Of a DNA stretch of 64,000 bases, positions 31,101 to 36,600 are shown in pieces. A program made the position numbers and the translations under genes. How positions within the stretch are numbered: the first letter of the stretch is position 1; every line of letters begins with the position of its first letter. The notes beneath the pieces were generated by a model. The model saw nothing but the letters and a program-made list of their open reading frames with translations, was not told the DNA's origin and did not search any database. This DNA comes from an uncultured Bacteroidales bacterium (GTDB taxonomy: Bacteria > Bacteroidota > Bacteroidia > Bacteroidales > ML635J-15): contig CAJOIT010000002.1 of the NCBI GenBank assembly GCA_905234755.1, positions 26,405-90,404 of the forward strand, read 5' to 3'.

Positions 31101-32596
31101 GTAATATTTATTGTACTGGGATTTAGCGCAAATGTACCTGTTGGCTGAGTACAATCTTCAGTTATACAGAACTTAGCATTGGCACGGTTTGCTCTTAATG
31201 CCTTACTTCCGCTAAACGACCCGAGATTGTAGGGATCTGGATTATAAGAATCGCTGTAATGATCCAAAACACTATTTGACACACTGGTATACGTAAAGTA
31301 CCTGCTTGAATATCCATTTGTATTCTCGTCCATTGCCACAAGGAGATTACTAGTGCCATTATAATCAAAAGGTGCAGACAAGTTAATGGTAACCCACCCT
31401 TCTTCGCCAGGAATAGTCCAAGAACCGCTATACACAATGTCTGCAGCAGTAACAGTTTCGTAATCCGTAGTGCTTGCAAAAGTACTACGTGTCACTTCTT
31501 TCATATACAGCACTATATTATTTGTCTGGGCTGTTGTTGTCGAAGATGGCTTATGGTAGAAACTAACAGAGGTTATCTGTCCGGACGTTCCAATTTCCCC
31601 TGCGGTATATATCTGTTCTACAAACGAATATCCGTATAACGAATTGAAAGGTACATAATAAGTTGTAGATGTTCCAGTTCCTACGGTAACACAGTCATCC
31701 GACGGAGGAGTTGAACCACATCCTGAAGCAGTTATTGTGGCAGACCAACCATCAGCATAAGTTGAAACATCCGAACTCCATACTACAGTCATTGTTCCGC
31801 TTGTTGCTGTTAGATTAGCAGGTGCAGCCGAACCACTATAGGCACTCAAAAGTGCAGTTCCAGATGTAGTGCCATCATATACAGTTATCTTATCGTAATT
31901 AGATTCCGTATTAAACGTAGCAAAAGATAATGTTATATTTCCTGTTGATGTGAATGTTGCCGTCATGCTCTGGCTATTGCTATAACTACCATTCGGTCCT
32001 CCTGAATCGTAGAAACAATATGTAGTACCACAATCTATTGTTCTTGACAATCCGTCTGCCATATTGAATGACACATCACAAGAAAGAGGTGCCACATACT
32101 TGTATGCAAGAGTATAGGAACCAGAAGTTGATGAACTATATGCTGTTATATACAAAGAAATCCATCCGGTTTGAGTAGCAGTATATGTAATCACTGATTG
32201 ATTTCCACTACAACCATCGTCATTATATGCCAAACATGACCTATCGGAACTATAACAACCGTAGCCATAACCATATATAGCCATATATGTATCAAAACCT
32301 GCCGTTCCTCCTCCTTCCCCTTCTGGACAAAGAGAAAAGGTATATGTCCGACCTTCAGTAACATAAACATCATGACGATTATAACTACCACTCGAAACAC
32401 TTTCACTTAATGTCTGCCAAGTTGTAGTTGGAGAAATATCGCCAGGATAATTACATGTTCTATCAGAGAAATACGAGCTTTGCGCATAACTCATTTGCGG
32501 TGCAAGCATACTCCACGAAAGCATCACAAATATCACAACTAATGCCGTTCGCATTGGCATTACCTTATTCATGAATATATGGTATATATTTTTCAT
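19178..32596 (-). CDS. Giant (4,472 aa) SprB-like modular surface adhesin, T9SS type B cargo
   Basis: Uninterrupted 13.4-kb ORF with an ATG start and signal peptide (..VIFVMLSWSMLAPQMSYAQ). Modules in order: PPC-like, CUB-like, 2 x (unknown module + Big_2), Listeria-Bacteroides repeat, a Cys-rich unassigned region, a split P-domain, He_PIG-like repeats, 19 Ig-like repeats, 6 SprB repeats, and a CHU_C sorting domain. The start could instead be Met13 or Met15. Confidence 0.9.
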   Translation of the reverse strand: MKNIYHIFMNKVMPMRTALVVIFVMLSWSMLAPQMSYAQSSYFSDRTCNYPGDISPTTTWQTLSESVSSGSYNRHDVYVTEGRTYTFSLCPEGEGGGTAGFDTYMAIYGYGYGCYSSDRSCLAYNDDGCSGNQSVITYTATQTGWISLYITAYSSSTSGSYTLAYKYVAPLSCDVSFNMADGLSRTIDCGTTYCFYDSGGPNGSYSNSQSMTATFTSTGNITLSFATFNTESNYDKITVYDGTTSGTALLSAYSGSAAPANLTATSGTMTVVWSSDVSTYADGWSATITASGCGSTPPSDDCVTVGTGTSTTYYVPFNSLYGYSFVEQIYTAGEIGTSGQITSVSFYHKPSSTTTAQTNNIVLYMKEVTRSTFASTTDYETVTAADIVYSGSWTIPGEEGWVTINLSAPFDYNGTSNLLVAMDENTNGYSSRYFTYTSVSNSVLDHYSDSYNPDPYNLGSFSGSKALRANRANAKFCITEDCTQPTGTFALNPSTINITAGSTYNISNALTNTLTPSGTISYTSSNTGVATVTNGVITGVAEGSTTIRIEYTPSNSAYCHKILYLTVNVNDGCARIGTGSTSSSSGTYGGIYTYFNYYAYTQQLYTATELTAAGAFAGTLRSLALHYAETTTNALSFEVYVGFTSQTAVPTSWISDAGLTLVYSGTISFINEWTSIDISSAGLYWDGASNILVAIRRTSNTTPSGTTYPNFYYTSVDNMTAYCTNSSSSVTLDGNNVSTSTGSTTSQRPEMKFCIDDCIQRTLTFNNSNVNISSCTGTTSQNPTISGGSTSGTITWSSSNENVATVSSTGVVTAHSTGTAVITARLATSGDYCGATGSYTVTVTGTSHRLTYNTTTNCAGGTASAAPSGATGTTAIVTSTEPTCSSLPYFHGWNTAADGSGTSYTAGATVDLGCADVTLYAQYSSTPPEITGSPDCESAMAFCASNDVAEYILTISDTEDDTEGGIGSFLTHSPTWWFLRISEPGPINMTIHSDCGDVDFGCWGPFDNVTCDRTNDLTNGTDYSYYSGADQATYYGTSYGGTTPTSSTTSTYINGTFALAVPSGNLVDYGGSTSHDEYLQITNAQEGEIYIVVVANFAGCTGTITMNQTNLNDPNAGRSDCTIVNDCSISSITTIVGDCSTDQTFSVSGNINFTDPPVDGTLTISDGSVSQVFTPPFVSPISYSLSGIQGDGQEHTITASFVSSTTNCERITYIDAPECQIDCPDATVAMTGYTEVIGDRYYFDVCLGSGVNMGGTQTGYTNPSWRWSINPHGGVAPYVVNTQNASYTPGAEQGYDVSLTVSEGQCSTVAYGRIRVSGGLETSLDSYALGNICVGDSREITIGGTGSDIQVNPEPHTIETSLGHAETTFIPDGLNCATQCYTSDVTFYDFNDGDVVTNVNAIKYVRLNMEHSFIGDVQIKLTCPNGRSAIILQDYYSNDSESDVYSSNAIDPYTYVWPDRVTTTRWHVGTSATNWYTGQHMLGRYEVFEDQNEAYTTGGYTYYLASFSSGTDAQDFITNYLSRYYSGRDYVVYRITDGNDNTLYYVIGYTYEGDEGYIVWLTRDNTTENNAFSFASQEAAQYFLTYVCGGNGVVSSYTVEGRYTRIYFGEPDLYDVSDGDDLTSAEICDGSNEHNIHGVGYDYAWTSNSQYTTVGYVYNVANMSSSTTVYDDGVAETTTLHHIIPSNVDAGTQMYQPFQNFSNLIGCPLNGTWSISVCDSWAEDNGYVFDWEISLSEDLLPSNWDYTVDLEGVSNDCGSIATVAGNNMTIEPQTATNTEQTCNIILSDNLGCSTNIPLTYTAVAPTITHVSGEEIQTVCEGQALTDIVYTLGGVAVSATVTGLPDGVTMNISGNTVTISGAPTTHNTYNYTITTVSQTGLRCTEQTVTGRIIVNEGNITPTFDQAGPYCEGTTVDALPTTSTNGITGSWSPAITNRTNTYTFTPDFGQCATITTMLITVNPLPTLSYTSGSETLCKGESSANIVFTYGGGANGADVTGLPTGLEFNVNTSNHTIVITGTTNVTAGTYNYTVTTTGAVSPCDNISVTRTITVTDPATIELTSGNSPQTVCEGSNITEFVFTYTGATGAEATNLPAGLTSSLNTTAHTLTVSGTPTAAGTFTVTTTGATSPCSNVSTTATIAISDPAELTLLSDSPDAVLCVEVPWAENIQYSFGGAATGAVVTGLPDGITASVSGNVVTIYGSPSLGVEAGEYDYTITTTGVEEPCENKSLSGTISISTNATLLLTSATGTDNQSICLPETFTNIVYTYGGGATGIDEQTLADALPAGLDFTVNTVAHTVTIYGTPTETGTFRYTVTTTGVIPPCKPAERYGIIVVSESVELDVAGNTTQSFCLGTELSSIVFTYGGGATGLSVNGTMPAGVQSSLDNTAHTLTLSGTPTETGTFDFSVTTTGATAPCTDDDMAVSITIYDTPDVTIDASDDEICNGSSVILTANPASFSQYRWTCTTESDATHTITPGMPASTTTSSITISPTVTPGSADVVYVLRVSDGNNCTATVSQTISVSETPTADIAKTDNTKCVAPYNGTITVSNFAGGTAGSTYTVSVTGQPNQTSTGAAVTFSNLEEGSYTVRITNETTSADCYTEQAMVISNMPTSPEVTISGSLSICTGSNTTLTAHASNGLEAYSYHWSDNSTSDVLVTPNLTGQTTYSVTVTDANGCEVTNSVSITLGDVPAVDVVADNVCLGDNLVLQANVSNAGSGYTVTWSASPSAGAGLSTTNGERITVTPTSDNTYTYTATLSANSCSDSGSFTDYTDDVSVTIYSLPTVDILNTTAGGTNIITCTQQEITVTATGGTSYSWSNSVNVADNTFTTDGTYIVTVTDAHGCTATNDFVVGIDNSMPNVRIENSPNTNELTCDVDQIELLATTTTTGATLSWTEPTATNTNPLTVTAPGVYVATVLAENGCTATASFEILSDSNTPTVSIVPPSTTTLNCTTTSITLNATGNGTMTWSPSNVATLDNYPVSGDYTVTARLDNGCTTEATIHLDKDVDLPEVSISPDNPTLTCAEQSLTLTASGTGTSYAWYQGPHEASYTVHEQNTYTVTATAANGCMATATIYVGIDNDIPDAQVTPETGVITCANPSIELVASSITTGATLSWDSQDVTSAGTYTVVVTAPNGCTASASSVISSDGNLPQVSIEAPRTVLMCNSDGDPFDEITLSASANVSVTYEWNNEAGTRPGTGVTYSVTEPGIYIVSATSTENGCVATEQIEIQQDISTPNVEIGNNSNTNILTCAGPSISVSLIDDTDADIYQWSGGENLTGTGNAFTEAATYYVTATAPNGCTSVASIDIRSDFEAPTVSINNVTGTNVLTCDVSTINVTAVGSARVVYYSWSGGSYTNQAPNELTTIGTYVVTATADNGCTATADIEITETMGRPHVEILAPNTTLTCATTDLTLTATGDAVSYVWSGGLYPNDAVNQVESTGVYTVTATASNGCTAVTSVSISENLTPPVVSIRNESGFNEINCNAQSVHAIATGTGVSYEWPGGHVGAEIDLTAAGSYTVTATGANGCVNYASVVITEDFTVPQASITPSYPALDCAHRTVDLTANIVGGGTYLWDNGDFSQSITISQAGIYTVTVQGINGCENEVSIEMLDNFTPPDARIDNITGETVLTCNLDSIHIIAQGGYSFAWSNALWGGGPEQYVTTPGTYTVTVTARNGCTASAQIPIDSNLEPPTLYDFDTPNGLELNCAVSRVTVTAVGNAQSYMWSGGTTPASQTNTFLAGGVYYLTATGFNGCIETTSITVADNHDTPQVTINNGLGDITTLDCNNPSMPITVIVSGADGPYEYLWSSNYTGDDDHGTLTAGGQYIVTVTAVNECQSTASITLRQDFDAPIISITSTPGTELNCVITSIDLNVVGVVDSYLWSNNATTATTTVYADDLYTVTATGTNGCEGTASITITRAPEFVPQVTPGTVLCYGGSTTASVTATGGNPPYFCEWSDGQSGMTANNLVAGGYSVTVSDNGGCSAVLPCAIVQPLELRPTINVRDINCGVSQGSLTASVIGGTLPYQSYVWSNGITEMTNDNLGVGTYGLTVIDANGCMASAEANVSMQGMLSVNATVTQPVSCSGFNDGSIAAVCPNAAQPAIYSWNTGNVSPELYNLFAGVYMVTVTDAWGCTGQAGVNLVSPQEMDVQVYSEAPLCHNSKDGSIVVSAFGGMAPYEYFWSNSTHESEVSGIGMGTYSVTISDAAGCSVARTITLEAPAAINVETTIGEIKCNGDKTGRIEVTAEGGVLPYRYMIEGLVEQSNISVFNNLSAGYYVLHVIDNNNCDVSEPVLVPQPDALQMNVEVEDPFCRNSRTGKINVSAVGGVEPYLYSLNNSTSDVSYLQNIPSGEYVVSVVDGNNCKSTEMLITLTDVDVDCLRIPNVFTPNADGVNDTWEIVNIEMFPAAEVHIFNRWGQLMFTSKGYAEPWDGSYRGHFVPAGTYLYVIDLFNDDEPYKGAVTIVY
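19181..19432 (-). other. T9SS type B C-terminal sorting domain (CHU_C / gliding-motility-associated CTD, TIGR04131-like)
   Basis: IPNVFTPNADGVNDTWEIVNIEMFPAAEVHIFNRWGQLMFTSKGYAEPWDGSYRGHFVPAGTYLYVIDLFND... Confidence 0.85.
19433..20812 (-). repeat. 6 SprB-type repeats (about 77 aa each)
   Basis: Each unit has C-x(2-4)-(D/T/Q)G-x-(I/L)...GG-x-x-PY-x-(Y/F)-x-W...G-x-Y-x-(V/L)-x-V-x-D-x-x-x-C. Confidence 0.7.
20813..25300 (-). repeat. 19 tandem Ig-like beta-sandwich repeats (about 75-80 aa); the last 15 form one regular family
   Basis: Recurrent pattern LTC..x..I.L.A.G....Y.WS.G......G.Y.VTAT..NGCT....I.I......P.V.I. The repeats are divergent at the DNA level. Confidence 0.6.
25301..27195 (-). 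repeat. 6 He_PIG-like (putative Ig / dystroglycan-cadherin-like) repeats plus one unrelated Ig-like module
   Basis: Recurrent pattern Q.VC.G..I..IVYTYGGGATG..VTGLP.GL.......T(L/I)T(I/V)SGTPT..GT(Y/F).(Y/F)TVTTTG....C. Confidence 0.5.
27385..28400 (-). other. Proprotein-convertase P-domain split by an insert of about 270 aa
   Basis: N-terminal half VRLNMEHSFIGDVQIKLTCPNGRSAIILQD at about 28310-28400. C-terminal half GCPLNGTWSISVCDSWAEDNGYVFDWEISL at about 27385-27480. Confidence 0.55.
29825..30055 (-). other. Listeria-Bacteroides repeat (InlB B-repeat-like)
   Basis: HRLTYN...FHGWNTAADGSGTSYTAGATVDLGCADVTLYAQY. Confidence 0.5.
30062..30320 (-). other. Big_2 (bacterial Ig-like group 2) domain, copy 2
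   Basis: ITWSSSNENVATVSSTGVVTAHSTGTAVITA. Confidence 0.6.
30885..31135 (-). other. Big_2 (bacterial Ig-like group 2) domain, copy 1
   Basis: ISYTSSNTGVATVTNGVITGVAEGSTTIRIEY. Confidence 0.6.
31720..32075 (-). other. CUB-like domain
   Basis: C..YCFYDSGGPNGSYSNSQSMTATFTS..ITLSFATFNTESNYDKITVYDGTTSG..LLSAYSGS..P..LTATSGTMTVVWSSDVSTYADGW. Confidence 0.6.
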
Positions 32597-32607
32597 AGTC
32601 GTATGTT

Positions 32608-33216
32608 TTATTTGTTCTTACCGTTTTCGTTATAGTTTGCTGATGAAGCCTGTTCTGCTCTCTTGCTGTTTTTACTATTCTCAGCAGACTGCTGGTTTAC
32701 AGGTTGAGCATTTACTGGCACAGCATGCAAATCGCTTGATTTTTTTTCAGAATTTTTCTCCTGCGATACCCTCATTTCGGGAGATTCTGAAACTTTTACC
32801 GTAGTAACATTGCCCGGATGTTTAGTAACCTTGACATTCGACGGCTGCTTTTCGTAGTCCTGTGGCGATGCTGGCGGGAAGTCGCCATTCTGCTCCCTGT
32901 ACTCCTTCAAAGCATCGTTTACGGCATCAACAATCATTTCTGGATCAATGCTCTGCAAAGCCTCATACATGAAAGTTTCGCCATTCCTATATATCGTGAC
33001 TCTATTTACATCTGGATTTTCAAGTATCATCTTCGAAACGAACTCCCGCATTTCTGGCGAGTTTGGAAAATCTGCCATCTTGAAATAAGTGATACGAGTA
33101 CCATTTTCGTAAAATTTGGTATCGCCGCTGTCCGAAAGCTTTACTTGTGAGAAAACAGGCAGACATATAGACATAATTGCTATGCCCAAAATAAGTTTTA
33201 ATAAACATCTCTCCAT
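32608..33216 (-). CDS. 202-aa secreted protein of unknown function, ending 11 nt upstream of the giant gene 1 ATG
   Basis: ATG start and signal peptide MERCLLKLILGIAIMSICLPVFSQ. A folded-looking domain of about 100 aa is followed by a low-complexity polar tail of about 90 aa. I recognise no family motif. Confidence 0.65.
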   Translation of the reverse strand: MERCLLKLILGIAIMSICLPVFSQVKLSDSGDTKFYENGTRITYFKMADFPNSPEMREFVSKMILENPDVNRVTIYRNGETFMYEALQSIDPEMIVDAVNDALKEYREQNGDFPPASPQDYEKQPSNVKVTKHPGNVTTVKVSESPEMRVSQEKNSEKKSSDLHAVPVNAQPVNQQSAENSKNSKRAEQASSANYNENGKNK

Positions 33217-33312
33217 ACTCTACTTCATTAATAATCAACAAATAATATACAATTCTACTCTATCTCTTTTTGCGATTCCGAACCATAAAAATACAGTTAC
33301 AGAATTAACGAC

Positions 33313-33320
33313 CAAATTTA
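33313..33320 (-). promoter_or_regulatory. Candidate -7 box TAAATTTG for the 202-aa ORF / giant gene 1 unit
   Basis: TAnnTTTG match on the minus strand, 96 nt upstream of the ATG at 33216. No good -33 TTTG is present. Confidence 0.3.
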
Positions 33321-33420
33321 CACAAAGATTTTAAAAATGCAAAAAAAATTTTAAATATTTTTTAAGATTTACAAAACTGACATTTCAAAGGAACAATATT
33401 TGACCTCAAAAAACGACATA

Positions 33421-33464
33421 AAAAACACAAAAAAAATAGCGGCGCAATACATTGCGCCGCTACA
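33421..33464 (-). terminator. Intrinsic terminator of giant gene 2 (REP-like palindrome copy 3 plus U-tract)
   Basis: Minus strand reads TGTAGCGGCGCAATGTATTGCGCCGCTA followed by TTTTTTTTGTGTTTTT. Confidence 0.75.
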
Positions 33465-33466
33465 AA

Positions 33467-33494
33467 ATTTATTATCCATTGTTAATTGTTTACA
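33467..33494 (-). repeat. 4 heptads NNNNATT (plus-strand reading) next to the palindrome
   Basis: ATTTATT ATCCATT GTTAATT GTTTACA. The same palindrome-then-heptad order occurs at 5633-5703. Confidence 0.55.
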
Positions 33495-33540
33495 ATAATC
33501 TATACCCAGATGCTGAAACAAGTTCAGCATGACATAGGGA

Positions 33541-33603
33541 GGGCATTATGCATTATTAATTATACATTGTCAATTATCCATTATCAATTGTCCATTGTTC
33601 ATT
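33541..33603 (-). repeat. 9 in-phase heptads AATKNAY overlapping the giant gene 2 stop codon
   Basis: Minus strand reads AATGAAC AATGGAC AATTGAT AATGGAT AATTGAC AATGTAT AATTAAT AATGCAT AATGCCC. The TGA stop lies in the first unit. Confidence 0.85.
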
Positions 33604-36600
33604 CAACCACAAACCTTTCAACCAAAACCTTGTCACCAGAAACAAATCTTGCGAAATAAACGCCTGGTCTAAGTTCATGGTAGAACTCCATCGTCATTCC
33701 TTCGTCAACATAAATGTCGCGCTCCTCAATGATAGCACCTGACGCATTTACAAGCTGATATACAAGATTTCCGCTTATTCCTGCGAAGTCGACCATGAAG
33801 CGTCCATCATTCGGGTTAGGATAGAGCGATGTAGAAACTGCAACCTCATCGGCAACACCAACGGCAATGTGCTTGAATGTAACACGGAAAGTATGGTTTT
33901 CATTGACATCAGCAAACTCGTATGTATTTCCATCTGTAATTATGTACTCGCCATCAACGAAAACGCTGTCAAGCTCGTAGCCAATATACGGATTGAATGT
34001 AAATACCTGCGTTGCACCAGGCTCAACTTCGACAATGCCAGATGGTGACAATTCACCATGAGGACCAGCTTCTGCGGTTATGAAATATACCAACGGACGG
34101 AACGAAACATAGATGTAATGATTTTCTGTCACATTCTCGAACATGTAGGTATTGCTTTCGGGCGAAAATCCCTGTCCATCGACAACAACCCTGTCGAGCA
34201 TATAACCATCGTTCGGAACGAAAGTAAACTCTATGTCATCACCATTGAGGACATACTGTGTTCCGTTAGGAGTGATTGAACCATTCGCTCCAGAAACAGC
34301 CGTTATCGACCACATAGGCAACAAGTCAAAGTTAACCCTTACGACATGGTCTTCGAGAACATTTTGCAAAGTATACGAATTACCTGTAAACTCGACACTT
34401 ATGTCATCGACAAGCACTTCGGAAACAATATAACCGACACTTGGAGCGAATGTGAATGTTATGTCGGAACCCTCGTCAACTTCCTGCTCTCCCGATGGGT
34501 TTACGCTTCCATGTTCGCCTGCAATGGCTGTTACTACATGCTTGTAAACCTCAAACGATGCCGAAATAGTATGGTCGGCTGTAACATTCTGGAACTGGTA
34601 CGAATCGGCTACATCGACAGCCTCGCCATCGACGAGCAACGATGAAATGTAGTAGTGTTCGTCGGGAATAATCTGGAAGGTCTGGCTTTCGCCATCTACA
34701 ACACGGACTCTGCCGCTCGGCGATATGCTTCCGTGTACACCGGCAGTAGCTGTAATTTCATGCCTAATAATATTCATAGGTGTAAATATCGCAACTACTG
34801 CATGGTCGGCAGTTATGCTGTCGAATGCATAAGAATTGCCTTCAACATCCTGCGAGATATTGTCGACCAAGAAATTAAGCAATTCGTATTCTGCTTCTGG
34901 TTCAAACTCCAATGTAAGGTTGTCGCCATGGTTTACTGTAATAGTTCCGCTCGGCGTAATAGTTCCGCCTTGTGCGTATGCCACTATGGTATAGGTATTT
35001 ATTGCAAACTCGGCATGTATTGTATGATCCTCCGTAACATTTACGAAAGTGTATTCGCCTTCAGCAACTGCCGATGGAACATCCTCGTCATCAACTGTTA
35101 CCGATACGATATGGTAACCAGCATCAGGAACAATATAGAATGTCTGGTCGGTACCGTTTTCTACAGAAACATCACCATTAGGAGTTATAGTACCATGTTC
35201 GCCATATGAAACAGCAATCGGATAATATACATTTTCGACAAACGAAACTTGCACATTGTGGTCAGCTGTAATATTCTCGAAATAATAATTGTAACCATGT
35301 GCAATCAGTTCTTCCACCGCATCGACACCGTCAACCAAGAACTCACGAATGATAAAGTCATCATACGGAATTACCGAAATTGTCAAGTTTTCTCCCTCCT
35401 CGACAACGACATCGCCACTTGGAGAAACAAGTCCGTTATCACCAGCGACCACATGAATAGTATGGTAAATAATTTGATTGAATGTTGCATGAATTGTATG
35501 TGATGCTTCAACATTCTCGAAGGTATAAATGTAACTTCCTTGTTCTAGTTGCTCGGCAATACCGTCAACAATCACATCGCCCGGACGATAACCCTCATCG
35601 GGGATTACAACAAACGAAACCGTATCACCATGCTCTGCAACAGTGACACCATCGGTTACAATATGTCCGCCCTCACCAGCCGATGCTGTAAAGGTATAGC
35701 GTTCGGTAAATGTTGCTATCAATGTATGTTCTGCATTCACATCGGCAAGCGTGTAGATTCCGTCAACTACTTCGTCTGAAACATCCTCGCCGTCAAGTGT
35801 CAACGAGAGCAAATCGTTGTATTCGTCAGGCACGATTGCAAATTCGGCGCTTTCGCCAGGAGCGACTTCTACAATGCCATCAGGGGAAATCGTACCGTTG
35901 CCTTCCGACGAAACATTTATCACATAGTCGGATACCAAAACCTTGAAATCATCAATATACAAGCGATACCTATTTGCTTCCGACTTACATTGTATCTCAA
36001 TATCAACAAGTTGCCCTGCAAAATCGGAAAGGTCAACCGGTCCGTATGTCTGATATGTTTCGTTGCTTACAGTCAGCGAATCCAATTGCACTGTGTCGTT
36101 CCCATTTGAGACAAGCACCAAGAAAGTTTCCGGATAAGAGAAGTTGCCAGCCTTGTACTTGAACTCCAGCTTTGCGTTCTGAAGAATCTGCAACTTTGGT
36201 GAAACAAGATAATCGTCGGCTTGATTTGTGCGTGAGAATGTGTACATAGCCTCGCCATTTGCAATAGACCAAGTCCTGCCATCATTGTTGTAATCATCTA
36301 TTTCCCAGCAATCAACATCAGAGAAATCCTGTTCGTACGGAAGCGTAAATATGCCACACGCGGTTTTTTCTGTCCAACCAGTTGCACCGCAATTCGACTG
36401 GACATATATATAATAATAGGTATAAGCATCCAATCCTTCTATTACCGACCTACGCCAACCATAACCTACCGAATCGGGTTCAATAATACCATCGAACAAT
36501 TCAGCAGTTTCTGTTTCTGGGTCAATAGGTTGAGATGAAATCTTCAAGTTGTATGAAGTTTCGTTGTTAGCAGGATAAATATATATATCAGCAGAATCGC

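Noticed and set aside
19265-32406. Dozens of 60-199-aa ORFs on either strand inside giant gene 1 (for example 23655-24254 and 22803-23366 on the plus strand).
   Set aside because: All lie within the single uninterrupted 13.4-kb reading frame that carries recognisable domain motifs throughout. They lack starts with promoter context and family motifs, and their composition mirrors the Thr/Ser/Gly/Val-rich sense frame. I treat them as shadow ORFs.
33541-33603. Whether the short-period arrays here, and those at 48098-48181, 56960-57022 and 59028-59136, could be CRISPR arrays.
   Set aside because: The units are 7-8 nt and contiguous with no spacers. No cas genes are present. The arrays are too short and degenerate.
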